DNA from: Lama glama
Lineage: Eukaryota
Length of the DNA: 64,000 nt
Reading direction: 5' to 3'
Assembly (NCBI GenBank): GCA_028534125.1
Contig: CM052816.1
Location: forward strand, 62,374,001 to 62,438,000
Shown here: piece by piece, positions 25,510 through 38,855 of the stretch
How positions within the stretch are numbered: the first letter of the stretch is position 1
Layout: each line of letters begins with the position of its first letter
The notes under the pieces: model-generated
What the model saw: only the letters and a program-made list of their open reading frames with translations
Database searches by the model: none
What the model was told of the DNA's origin: nothing
Program-made: the position numbers and the translations under genes

Positions 25510-26439
25510 CTGTGGGAAAATTAATGCATTTTTAGAAGGTTAAACTGTATCAGATTAAACTTGATTTTCTAAATCTTTTGAACAGCATTATCTACATGTG
25601 GACCAGAAGGAAGAGAATTATTTATTGAGGTACCTACTAGTTATCAGGTCTTAGGCTAGGGACCTATAAACTAGATACAGGATTGAAACGTCCATTTAAT
25701 TATGATAATGATGCATTATATTAGTGATTAGCAGCTTATTCTATTTTTGCAGAACATTTTATGTCTATTTCCATTTGTTCTCACTAAAAGTGGTAAAAGG
25801 CAACTGCTCTGAAGAGTTCATTAAATAAATTACTTCAGAGTCATAACAAGGAACTATATTCTTGTAAATACGATGTTTCAAATAGCCACAGCATTAAATC
25901 TTAAATATAATAGGATTTACTGAGTTATAGCTAATTCCGTGAAAATTGGAAGTAATTATTTCAAACTGATGGCAAAAATCCTGTATTCTAAATGCAATAA
26001 TTTCTCTTGTATACTGTACTCAGTGGAAGAGTTAACTATGTTACATCTTGGGGTTTCTGCTGTCAAACAAAAAGACTTAGATAGTAAACCTATCAATTTT
26101 TTAGTCTATTTTTATACCTGAGAATTTACATCAATACTGTGATTTAGACCAATTTGGGAAAATAGTTTCACACTAATCAGGATTCCAAAATGGTGCAGTG
26201 TATTTAATAACCTGCCTAGTAACTACCCATTTTAAAGAAAGGAAATGTTAATTTATTAAGCTATCCATAAGGGCCAGCCTAGCTCACACATTTCCTCATT
26301 TGTTAGCTCTTTTATCTTTCATTTATTCAACAGACATTTACTGAGAGCTGACCACATGCCACACAATGAGTCAAACTTTTGGGGCACAAAGATGTGTAAA
26401 ATTTATTTTCTGTGACAGAGGTGCTCACTACACATACTA

Positions 26440-26620
26440 TAGATCAACAGTTTTCCACTCTGGCTCATTAGATTCACTTTGAAGCTTTAAAAAATAGTCA
26501 CGCCTTGGCCCTACTCCTAGAAATTTTGACTTATTCTGAGATGGGGAAAGTTAGGAAGGGAAACTTTTTGTTGAAAAGTTCTCAAGGTGATTCTCTAGTG
26601 TGATCAGGATAAGGACAGGC
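26440..26620. mobile_element. MER5-like hAT MITE
   Basis: cattagattcac...gaagctttaaaaaata...gccctactcctagaaatt...ctcaaggtgattct. Confidence 0.6.
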
Positions 26621-27408
26621 TGTGTTAATACTCAGACAATTAATGAAAATGTAATAGCTGAATCCCCTAAGAGAGGGAACACAGATGGACCTTAGGCAAA
26701 TTTAAAGAAAGGACTTGAGGAACTGTGCCTGGAAGGACACAGCACGCCCCTCTTGCATCAAATCTAGCTTTGACCTTCAGGTCCTAGGCAGCAGTTCTGT
26801 CTTCACTGACATCTTCAGAACCCATCTTAGCTCAGTTGACCACTCCATTTAAACTTTACCCTCAATCATCATCAGTAATATTTTAATTTGCAAATGCCCC
26901 GCCCTTCCCACGCTTTTGTCTTTGTTGATGCCCCTCTCCTTTACTTAGCTTCACTTCCACTCCTTTCACCTCTCAGTGGTCTTCTTAGCATCTTCTATCC
27001 TCACCTCCCTTTTAACCACCAGTGGTTCCCAACCCGGAGTGGGGACTGTAGGGAAAGGGTCATATCAGAATCAGCAATGAGAAAATTCGTATCTGCCTAT
27101 GCTCTCTTCCTCCCTGAGATACATACACAGCTCCCCTTTTCTCCTCTCAAGACTGTCCCATGCGCTCTTCTAAGCATGTAGTTAGAAAAAGCTCTATGGG
27201 TGATTGGATTAAGTTTTCACTGAGAAAATCACTGAGAATTATGCTCTTTGTGACAACTCTTTCATGTCAATGATTTTAAAATCTATATATCCAGTTTTGA
27301 TCTTATCCCAAAGATCTAGGCCAATATTTTCAACTTCCAAATGTCAAATGCTATCTTTACACGACTCTCCTTCAGGACCTTTGCACTGGCTGTTTGCTCT
27401 GTCTAGAT

Positions 27409-27706
27409 CTGTGCTACCTACATGGTAGCCACTCGTTAAGACATGTTATTAAGCACTGGAAGTGTGGCTAATCTGAACTGAGATGCAAAGTAAGTGTAAA
27501 ATACACACTGAATTTTGAATACTTTGTGGGGAAAAAATACTAAACATTTCAATAGTTTTCATATTTATTTCATATTGAAATGAAATTGTTAATATACCAA
27601 GTAAAATATCTTGTAAAATTAATTTTCGTGTTTCTTTTCACTTTTCCGTGTGGCTACTAGAATTCTTTTAACTATGTATCTGACTTGTACTCCCGGGAAA
27701 GCACTT
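27409..27706. mobile_element. MER33/MER3-like hAT-Charlie element with an 8-bp TSD
   Basis: ggtagccact...aagcactggaagtgtggcta...aagtgtaaaatacacactg; flanked by gtctagat (27401-27408) and gtctagac (27707-27714). Confidence 0.8.
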
Positions 27707-27957
27707 GTCTAGACCTCCTCACCCCAGGTCTTTGCATGGCTGGCTCTTTTCTCATCATTCAGATCTCAGCTTAGTCGTGACCTCATAGGTATGCTGTAAG
27801 AAACACTTCGGGAGTTGATATTAAATGTGGGTCACAGGGCCAAAGTCCCAGGGATTCAATGTTTATAGGGTAGGGCTCTGCATATTTAACAAGCACACTA
27901 GGTGATTCTGTTACAGGTGATTGGAGATCAGACTTTCAGAGACAGAATACAGTCTAA

Positions 27958-28347
27958 GCTCTATTTGCACCAACATGGATAGACCTTGAGAGTATTAAGC
28001 TTACTGGAATAGGTCAGACAGAGAAAGACAAATATTTAATGCTATCACCTACACGCGGAATCTAAAAAATAAAACAAGTAAATGTACACAACAAAATAAA
28101 AACAGACTCAGATATAGAGAACAGACTAGTGGTCATCAATGGGGAGAGGGAAAGGGGGAGGGATAAAATAGGGTATGTGATTAAGAGATTAAAAAATACT
28201 ATGTATAAAATAGATAAGCACAGGGAAATAAAGCTATTATTCTATAGTAACTTTAAATGGAATACAATCTGTAAAAATATTGAATCACTATGTTGTACAC
28301 CTGAAATTAATATAATATTGTAAATCGATTATACTTCAATTAAAAAA
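27958..28347 (+). mobile_element. 5'-truncated L1 3' end with a 12-bp TSD
   Basis: TSD aatacagtctaa at 27946-27957 and 28348-28359; L1 3' UTR motifs and an A tail. Confidence 0.9.
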
Positions 28348-28384
28348 AATACAGTCTAAACTCCTTAAGATACAAAAATAGGTC

Positions 28385-28630
28385 CTTTAGGTAGCACAAG
28401 GGATTCTTGTGATGGAACGGTTTTGTATCTGATTTTGCTGTTGCTCACATGAATCTACATATATAATAAAACTGCACAGAACTACATATACATAAACACA
28501 TACAAGTGCACGTAGCTCGTAAAATCTGAATAAAGTAGATTGTTTGAAGGTTATACAGCATCTCTCTGTGAATCTGTAATTCACAATTGGCAACTGAATC
28601 TACAATTATTTCAAAGTCAAAAGTTTAAAA
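28385..28630 (+). mobile_element. L1MC/MD-like 3' end
   Basis: ttgtgatggaacggttttgtatctga...cacatgaatctacat...ataaaactgcacagaact. Confidence 0.65.
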
Positions 28631-30329
28631 ATTTTACCATATACATTAAAAACTCAAAATTTTTAAAAAGTCACACATGTTTACCAATTAACTGTCCTGA
28701 TACACTTGTATAATCACCTATATCTTTTCCCTATATTTGTGACTGCATCATTTTTGATTGTCTCTTCATATGACAACAATTTTGCAGTATTTTCTACAAA
28801 GAGAATAAAAAGATCATTTTGTCTTTATTCTCAAAAAAAAAAAAGCCCTTCACACCCTTGAAAATCTGACTCCAATCTAACTCTCAAGTCTTGTTCCTTC
28901 CTTGAACACTCTACACCAATACTATACAGACCTTTGTGCAGTTCTCTAAAAATGTCTTTTTCTGCTTTCCCATTTTCAAATTTGCTGTTTTCTCTTCCTG
29001 TAATATAATTTCCTTTTCCTTTGACTTTATTTAAGAAATATTTTTCAGCCTTTGAGACTAAGCTCAAATTTTTCTTTTACAAATGCTCCCCAGAAAACTA
29101 CAATTCCTCCCTCTTTTGTGTTCCCATGGAACTTTGCATATACGTCTACAGTAGCACTAGTCATCTTGTATTACATTTTTTATGCATATTAATTTAATGG
29201 TGAGGTCTTAAAAAACACCATATTCTATTCAAACGTGTATTTTTACAATCAAATATTGTACCTGGCACCAAAAAAGATGGTCAACAATTGTTCACTGAAA
29301 TCAAATCAACAAGATCTGGCAGAGAGCTCAGCTTACAAAAAGTCTTTTTCCAGTATCAAGTATTAAGTATATTGGGCCAACCAGATACACAACTACGGAC
29401 GAACCAACTAGAAGTCCTTTAGCAAGGGATGTACGGAGCCCAAGGGAGTAACTAAAGCTGTGTTTACACACACCTAACTTGAAAGGAGAACTGGAGGCTA
29501 TCCAAGGGATGTATTTCTAAGACAGCAGAGGTGGTTTCTTCCAAAGAATTTATGCTAAGAGGTCAAACATGGTAAATGAATCTATTAACAAAATGATACT
29601 CTTTGAACTGATTCAAATACAGCCTGGTTGTTAGCTGCTAACTCAAATCCATCCCTAATTCCAGCTCCCTAGACACTAGTATGAGTTCTGATAAAAGAAG
29701 AAGCTATATAAGTTATCAACTGAAAATTCTGTTTTCTGTTGGGGTCTAAATAATTTGGAGCAGCACACACCACATAGCTTTAACACTCTGAGGATTTGGG
29801 GGCAGCAGTCAGAGAACTATCGAAGCAAACAGAGAAGGAGCAGAGACAAGGTGATCTGGGGAAACAGTGAAACGTAACATGAAAACGAACTAACTTACTG
29901 CTGAATACATATGGATGTCTCACGATGCTCAGAAATACTTGGAGGGACTCTACAGAGCGCTGGGTTCTGAGTTAACAGTTAACAATAAAATTCTGGTATT
30001 ATTGTTCACGTGACGGTGGTAGAACTTAATGGCTCATAAGATCTAGGGAATTCAGGTAATTTGATTTTCTTCCAAATCCTGTTCCTCACATCTTACTCCA
30101 GTTCTATCAGATAAGATACATGTGTTTTTTTCTAAAATGGAGTGCTCCCCTTGGACCATAGTTCTTCCTACCTATGTCATAGTTTTTGTCAAGGTAACTT
30201 TCTTGTCACCTGCCCAAGCTTGATCTCTTGGACAAAGGCAGCTGCTGATACCCACTTGATTTTCTCCACATTGCCTGCTCATGGATTCCCTCTTGCTGTA
30301 CTTCACTACCTACCCTGACATTCCTGTCA

Positions 30330-31090
30330 CTTTCTGGTATTTCCTCAATGCATGGGCATTTGCAAAGTAATGTTCCACTGAGTTATGCATATCTCCCAAA
30401 TACTGACATATTACAGGATATTTAAAAAGTCACATTTGTTAGTATTACCACCAACCTCAGTAAAAACTTCAATTATTGGGCAGTAGTCAAACTCACAGCA
30501 GTGGATACAAGTTTTCTAAAGTGCTAACTTTTGCTTAAAAGTTAAATTTTGTCATTTGCAACAAGTACTGCCAAATAGCCATTTCTGAATAACCATAGTT
30601 TGTCATTCAAGTAAAAATGGTGTGCCATGGAAAGGTGAATAGTTTAGCTCTCAACTAATACAACAGAACAAAGGCTTTTCTTCAAGGCTTCAATAAGCCT
30701 TCAATCAGCCTTCAGTATACTACAGAAGTGCTTTATGTATTCTTCCCATTTTTTTTCACATGGAATATTAAAAGTATATCTATTGGAGAGTAAAGATTTA
30801 ATAAAAATCAAGTCTATTTAGTGCTTCAATCAACAGCATCTTAATATTGCATGTGTATAGCAGTGAAGAATAAAATGGCTACTAGTACTGTTTGTCACAA
30901 CTGCCTTGATTCTGCTAAGGAACCAGTTTTTCTCACTATTGCTTTTCCATGATTAATGGAAATGTTAACAAAGTTAAAAAAAAAAAAAGCCAAATAACAT
31001 CTTAGTATTACCAAGAAAATAGTATGACTTGACCCTCTGAAAGGTCTTAGAGACACCAAAGGTTATGGACCACATTTTCAGAACTGCTAC
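30330..31090 (-). mobile_element. Charlie1-like hAT DNA transposon fragment
   Basis: gtggatacaagttttctaaa, cagaagtgctttatgtattcttcccattt, and a terminal ggaccacattttcagaactgct. Confidence 0.8.
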
Positions 31091-32944
31091 TTCATGCAAA
31101 ACAGCTGTCCCAAAAATGTTGCCTATGAAAATCTTATTTTCCACCAATATCGTTTAAAATATTTAAGAAGTATAGATGAGTCCCTATGGAGAAATATATT
31201 TATAACAAATTTGCTTAAAATTTTCTATAAACCAACTACTGGAATTAGAACCTCCATAAAAAAAGTTTTACTTCTTCATCTACCTTTTGCTATTTACCAC
31301 TTTTTATGGTAAATATCAGCATTTGGCCAAATTCTACACTCTTGGGTCACCAAGGTTTGCTCACCCTCTTCATTTTATTCATGGATTTAAACTTGAGATG
31401 AAGTGGACAGAGTTATAAATTATTAAAATTAATCTAAAATTAGAAAATAAGAATAAACCAAAAACAACCTTAAAAGTTGAAACACCTCAAATATCTCCTC
31501 CAAAACTCATTAAAAAAAAAAAACAATGGGGGGGGCCCAGGCAAAAATGAGCTAATTGGCAAATTTTACCAATTCTTTAAGAAATGGATAATCTTTGTAA
31601 CTTATCTAATTGTGTGAGTCAGCAAACATTAGATGAATTCTGAAAATATAATATAACCTTGACATATTAACTAGACAAGGAGATATAAAACTAGACAAAG
31701 AGAGTATAAGAAAATAAAATTACATACCAAACTAATTATGAACACATATGCTAAAATTCTAAATAAAATCCTAGTCAACAGAATCCATCAGTGACTTAAA
31801 AGAATAATACACTTTGGCCAAACAAGATTATTTTCAGGAATTCAAGGATAATTCAAAATGGAAAAAAAACAAAAAACAAAAAAACCAAATCATTCTGTTG
31901 ATTTCACCTCAAGTACATTACTTTCATTTACTTGGCAGATAAAACTTTTGTATAATGGTAAAGTTTTTGGTTTTAAGTGACATGCATTTGGTTTTATACT
32001 TTTAAATTCAACTTTTGGACTTACAGTCAATACTTCCAGTATTACTAATGAGCAAAAATATACCCCCAATATTTACATTTCTCACTAGTTTACATGGTAA
32101 GAATAAAACTATGAAAAATATTTTCCCACAATGTTATCCTTATTTAAAGGAGATATGGTGCTGCTCAAAGTAACTTGTGGGGACCCAACGTTAAATTTAA
32201 AAAATGGGCCAATGTAGTCTTAGTAAGCTTCTGTGGTACTACTAATATACTGATTTCTAATGTACAGTTTCTCATTCTGGGTATTCGTTAGATAGGGCGC
32301 TCACTTGGTGAAAATTCAACAAGCTGTACACCTGCAATCTGTTTAGTTTTCTACATGTATCTTCTTTCATCAATATAACCCCATGCTTTCCTCTGTTTGA
32401 GAAGAGTGGATAAAGGATTCTCAGTATGGAGCAAAGTCTACAATAACAACTTCCATCATATGGTCCTGGTTACACTGCCAGTGTTTTATGATGGGTGGGA
32501 GTCAAGAAATTCCAATGGAAGGAATCAAAGATGTATGTTCCTACCTGTGCCTATAGGAGGATTACTTATCCATCATCAAGAAAAAACTGGAGAATGGGGA
32601 AGATGCAGGAAAGCTTTCCTGCTGCTCTCTCATTATAAAAGTGACATATGTCAAAGATCAGTTTATATGTGTATGAACAGTCCCAGCTCCTTTCATGACC
32701 AAAGAGTTGGTTAAATGCTAAAGAGGGCTTTGGGAATCCAAATCCTACACAGTTGAAATGCATCAAGATACAAAAATCCAATGTAAAGATCTCTCACAAT
32801 AGTTTTGTACTTTTGTATTTCACGCATAGAACTTTGAATGTGAAGTATTCCAACTTTCCTATAATAGTAAAGGAAGGCAATTTTAAGTCAATGTTTTCCA
32901 GCAGTTTCATCATCGTTACATATTAACATGTCATTACTTGGATA

Positions 32945-33262
32945 GAAGAATGAATAGGTAGAACACAGGAGAATTTTAGGGCAGTGAAACAATAGTTTAT
33001 AATATTATAATGGTGGGTACATGACATTATACATTTGTTAAAACCTATAGAACTATACATAGAGTGAACTCAAATGTAAACTATGGACTTGAGTTAAAAG
33101 CAATACACCAATACTCATTCTATTAATTGTAACAAGTGTATCACACGAACACAGGAGGTTAATAATAGGAGAAACTGTAGGAGAGGGAGTATATGAGTGC
33201 TTACTATACTTTCTGCTCAATATTTCTGTAAGCTAAAACTGCTCTAAAATAGTGTTAGTTTA
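32945..33262 (+). mobile_element. L1MC/MB 3' end
   Basis: ttttagggcagtgaaac...cattatacatttgttaaaacc...tgtaaactatggact...ctaaaactgctctaaaa. Confidence 0.8.
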
Positions 33263-33449
33263 AAATATAGTTATTTTGATATATAACAGCATTATCTACT
33301 CAAAATTATTAATATTCATTAACAAAAAATGGAAAGTATACTTTGTCTTGGTTATTCAAATAATCCAAAAATAGTTTCTCCTTTGAAATCTGACATCAAC
33401 ATTGGTTTTCTAAATGTAAGAAAATTTCTACCTTGTCAATGTGATACCT

Positions 33450-33960
33450 GAATTAGTTTGCTTTGGAATGTCACGACAGGATACCACAGACTGGATGGCT
33501 TAAACAACAGAAACTTATTTTCTCACAGTTCTCAAAGCTGCAAATCTGAGATCAGGGTGCCAGAAATGTGGGGTTCTAGTGAGGGCTCTCTTTCTAGCTT
33601 GCAGAAAGCCACCTTCTTGCTGTGTCCTCACATGACCTTTCCTCTGTGCATGTGCACTTCTGGTGTCTCTTCTTCTTCTAAGGGTAACAATCCTATTGGA
33701 TTAGGGCCTCCTTTAATAAGCTCACTTAACCTTACTTACCTCCTTAAAGGCACTACATCCAAATATTATCATATTGGGGGTAAGGCCTTCAATATATGGA
33801 TTTTGGGGAGGACACAATTCAGTCTATAACATTCCTCCCTCTGGCCCCAAAACACATGTCCTTCTCACATACAAAATACATTCATCCTATCCTAACAGTC
33901 TCAAAGGTCTTAACCCATTCCAGAATCTACTCCACGTCCAAAGTATCACCTAAATCTTCT
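33450..33960 (-). mobile_element. MLT1A-like LTR plus adjacent internal sequence
   Basis: ataccacagactggatggcttaaacaacagaaacttattttctcacagttct...ggacacaattcagtctataaca, followed by catgtccttctcacatacaaaatacattcat. Confidence 0.85.
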
Positions 33961-36839
33961 TGATGTTAAGTGTGTTGTGAACACAAAAGAAGTGGAATAA
34001 AATGTGCTCAACTCCAAGCAGGTCACAGAAAAGGAGCATGAATAACACTGCAGTCAATGGTCTGTGTAAAATTACAAAAATATTAATGACTGAGTTTTCA
34101 AAGCAGCAATCACTACACTTGTTTGTAAATTCTATAAGAACACAGCAGGACCCCCAAATTAATCTTAACAATAGGCAGAAATAAAAACAGGGTTTTACAG
34201 ATGTAACTAGATTCCTGTGGAATTTATATGCCTTATGTGGCTCAATAGATATTTTTAAATGTATTATTTAGTGAAACCTGGCATGTAATTCAGGATCCCT
34301 CTCACATTAGCTTTCAATCTTTGTAAAGCATATCAGATATTTAACATGCACAAATACGAGACTGGATCAGGTGATTCCTAAACTGTCAGTTCTATAATTC
34401 TAGACTTGGTCATTGCAGTGACTAAAATGGTAATTAAAGCCTCTGATTTATTAACTCTACAACTGCCTACATCAGGAATTACAGAGAGACGCCTCAATTT
34501 TCTTCAATAATTGTTAACGCTACATACTTTGGGGTTTAAACATGATGAAGTCAACTTCAACAACTTAAACTGTTTAAATGATTCTGCATACACTTTGGCA
34601 TTTACAGACAGAAACCTTTTTCTTGGGAAGCACCCAACTTTTGTTGATAAAGAATTATGCAATAGTTCAAGCTACCTTATCAGCAACTAGTCACCTCTCA
34701 CTCGCCTTCCCTTTATTTCTCTCCTGTCTCCCCTGGGCCTGCTGAACTCTTAGACATGACACAATGCATATTCCACCTTAAGGAGAAAAGGTAATATACA
34801 TTTGACACTGTAGTAGCTACCAGGTTCTTCTATAGTCTCACACAGCTTCTTAAAACACACGCTACAATTGTAGTTGAATACCACCCCTTTATTCTTTTAA
34901 ATTTCTCCTTTTCCCTTTTCTTTCTCTTACAAACACAGCCTCACTCAGTCCTGAACACTCACTGCAGTCTCTGAATCCAGGTGAAAACTTTAAGAATTGT
35001 AAAAATATCATTGAAGAAATGCAGATATTTTGTAACTTCTGTATTTTGACTAATTTTGCCCATTTTAACTGCTACCACTGCCAAAATAAGGAATGAACTG
35101 AAAGATGGATGAAGGTAGTAGTATATGCAGGACCCATACATTCACTTATTTCTCTCAGGCTACTTTCTTAGGGAGAAAATATAAGAAAAGGTAGAAATTA
35201 CACACAGAATATTAATAGAGTTGTGAGGAAAAGTGAAATATATTTTCAAAATGGTGTCTGTCTTTGTTCTTATATGTAAATCTTAGAAATCACCATATGG
35301 TAAGTCCATAAATTTTTGTTCCAAGGAATAGGTCTAGTAATTTAGGGAGATTTCTGAGCAAACTAAGGTACATCTAAACATATTTTAAATAAAAGTGCCA
35401 ATAATGTTTCTGATTGGACCAAGAAGAGAAAGTGGCAAGAAGAAAATAAAACCAGGAGATTTTTAAAAATTAATTTTAAGTCGTGTTTGGAGGCTACAAG
35501 TATTCACCCATTCAATGAATATTTGCTGAGCACCTTCCACTTCGTCAGGGAAGGCAAATAATAATAACAATAATAATGAAAACATGTACTGCAAAAGCAT
35601 ATGTGAGGGTAAGAGGGATTCTAAGCCAGATGCGTGAGAGAGAGCAGGCGAAACTGTCAGGGTTCTCAGAGGGAATCATCTAATTAAAGAATGGATCCTG
35701 AGGTCAAATGGAGCCTTGCTTCCCCAAGTGCTTCTCACGCTGATATCTTAAGGGCTAAAACGTACTATTCACTTTATGTGAAATATATGAATATGATATG
35801 AAGCATGGTCTTAAGCCAAAGTTGACAATAAGTAGTTGTCTAACTTGCCATGCTTTTATTGGATGGCTATATTCTTTCTGGTGGGTCAAATATCAATTAT
35901 CAAGAAAGGATTCAGATGAGAAAGTGGTAACAAAAATAAGCACACTGATCTGGCTTCAAAATTCTATTTTCTTTTGGGCAAAAGGAGTAGTTACACAGAG
36001 ATGCTTTTTGTCCAATACAGAGGCAGCTATACTAGGTTACTGCAAAAGGCTGCTAGGTAATGGAGACAAAAAAGAAGCAGGTATTATTTCCTAGCAGATA
36101 AAGCACTGACCTGGAAGCTCAGAGACTGTTTTATTTATCCCACCATCTTCCCCACCAAAGGGTCTATAGCTCTTGGCACTTGCACTGTTTGCTTCTGTCT
36201 TTCCTGAATAGCCTTTACCTCTGAAGAGTTCATCTGTTCCCTAAGCCTCTGCTTAGTACTCACGTCACTGCACCACCAGGTATTACACCAATGTGTACAT
36301 CTGTTTCTGCCTGAGTTGTAAGCTCCCACAGAGAGGGCATAAGCAGTACCTCAAATCTTCATAGTCCTTTATAATACCTCATGATGCTTTTACATGACTA
36401 CGTATGTTGCTGATTTGAATTAAGAGGCAACTGTTTCTCACTTTGGGTACTAAAAGGAAACTCTAATAGATAAGGTATAAATCACATTCTTCATTTCACT
36501 TAAATTCACCTAAAGAACCAAAGCCATGACTAACTACCTTATACTGCATTACAAGGAGAAAAAGCCCGATTCAGAGACCAAAATATAATTAACATTCTCA
36601 TATGATTCTGAATTAAAATCTTGTCCTAGTATACAAGGTGCTTGCACAAGATTCTGCCCCTACGCTACTAAACTCTTATACATAATTACTTAAAGTTAGA
36701 AAAGAAAAATTGGACTAAGGAGACTTTTTAAACAGCTTACTAGATTTAATTTTAAATAAGATTCTTTTGAGTATAAAGCAGAAATATGGTTATGAAGCTA
36801 TCAATTTAACTCTTCTACAGATAAACTCTATTATGATGG

Positions 36840-37118
36840 AAAAACACTGCTACAGTAATCCAGCCAAAAGATAAGGCTCAGATTGGGGTGACAGCTGTGG
36901 TAATGGTAAATAATAGTCAAATTTTGGATATATATATTGAAGATAGAACAAACAGAATTTCCAGACAGATTGAATATGAGGGTCTGTGAGAAGCAGGAAT
37001 CAAGGATAGCTCCAATTTTTTTGGCACAAGCAACTGTAAGGATGAACTGCCATTGACTGACGGGGACAAATGTAGGTGAATTAGAAGGGCAGATCAGAGG
37101 TTCAGTTTGGGACATATT
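36840..37118 (-). mobile_element. L2 fragment
   Basis: ggatatatattgaagatagaac...gaatcaaggatagctcc...gttcagtttgggacat. Confidence 0.75.
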
Positions 37119-37119
37119 A

Positions 37120-38370
37120 ATATGATCCCTATGAAATTACCCAGGACATTTTTCACAGAACTAGAACAAATAATCCTAAAATTTATATGGACCCACAAAA
37201 GACCCAGAACTGCCAAAGCAATATTGAAGAAAAAGAATGAAGCTGTCCCAGACTTCAGACAATACCACAGAGCTACAGTAATCAAAACAGCCTGGTATTA
37301 GTACAAAAACAGCCATATGGGTCAATGAAACAGGATAGATAGCCCAGAAATAAACCCACAAACTTTTGGTCAATTAATCTTTGACAAAGGAGGCAAGATC
37401 ATACAATGGAGTAAAAGCCTCTTCAGCAAACGGTGTTGGGATAACTGGACAGCCACATGTAAATTAATGAAGTTAGAACACTCCCTCACACCATACACAA
37501 AAATAAACTCAAAATAGCTTAAAGACTTAAACATAAGACAGGACACTGTAAGCCTCTTAGAAGAAAACATAGGCAAAACATTATCTGACATAAATCTCAG
37601 CAATGTTCTCCTAGGGCAGTCTACCCAAGTAATAGAAATAAAAGCAAAAATAAATAAACAGGACCTAATTAAACTTCTAAGGTTTTGCAAAGCAAAGGAA
37701 ACTGTAAGCAAAACAAAATGACAACCTACAAAATGGGAGAAAATATCTGCAGAAGTTGAGACTGACATGGGCTTAATTTCCAAAATATACAAACAGCTCA
37801 TACAACTTTATATTAAAAGAAAAACAAACAACCCTATCCAAAAATGGGCAGGGGACCTAAACAAGCAATTCTCCAATGAAGACATACAAATGGCCAAAAG
37901 GTACACGAAAAAATGCTCAATATCACTAATTATCAGAGAAATGCAAATCAAAACTATCATGAGGTACCACCTCACACCAGTCAGAATGACCATCATTAAA
38001 AAGTCCACAAAGGATAAATGCTGGAGGTGTGGAGAAAAGACAACCCTCCTACGCTGTTGGTGGGAATGCAGTTTGGTGCAGTCATCATGGAAAACAATAC
38101 GGAGATTCCTTAAAAAACTAAAGATAGACTTACTGTATGATCCAGCAATACCACTCCTGGGCATATATCTAAAGGGAACTCTAATTCAAAAAGATACATG
38201 CACCCCAATGTTCACAGCAGCACTGTATACAATAGCCAAGATATGGAAACAACCTAAATGTCCACTGACAGATGAATGGATAAAGAAGATATGATGTGTG
38301 TGTGTGTGTATATACTTATACATACATACACACACACATACATACACACGCACACACATACATACACTTG

Positions 38371-38410
<40 letters not shown>

Positions 38411-38855
38411 GGACTACTACTCAGCCATAAAAAATAAAATAAAATAATGCCATTTGCTGCAACATGGATGGACCTGGAGACTGTCATTCTAAGAGAAGTA
38501 AGACAGAAGGAGAAAGAAAAATACCATATGATATCACTTACATGTGAAATTTTAAAAAATGAGACAAATGAACTTATCTAGAAAACAGAAACAGACTCAC
38601 AGATAAGAAACAAACTTATGCTTACGGGAAAGTTGGGGAGGGAAGAGGATGGAATGGGATAAATCAGGAGTTCGAGATTTGCAGATACTAATTACTATAT
38701 ATAAAATAGATAAACAAGTTTATACTGTATAGCACAAGAAACTATATTCAATACCTTGTAGTAATCTATAATGAAAAAGAATATGACAATGAATATATGT
38801 ATAAGTACACCAGAAATTGGTACACTGCAAACTGACTATATTTCAATAAAAAAGT
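37120..38855 (+). mobile_element. Relatively young 5'-truncated L1 (ORF2 C-terminus plus 3' UTR)
   Basis: Track ORFs 37107-37301 and 37767-38294 ([36 protein letters not shown]); ends gactatatttcaataaaaaa. Confidence 0.95.
38295..38408. repeat. Compound (TG)n/(CA)n/(CATA)n microsatellite within the L1
   Basis: Directly visible in the sequence. Confidence 0.9.

Noticed and set aside
37767..38294. 175-aa ORF and other L1 ORF fragments as functional retrotransposon genes
   Set aside because: They lie in truncated, frameshifted L1 copies. No intact ORF1 or ORF2 exists in the window.
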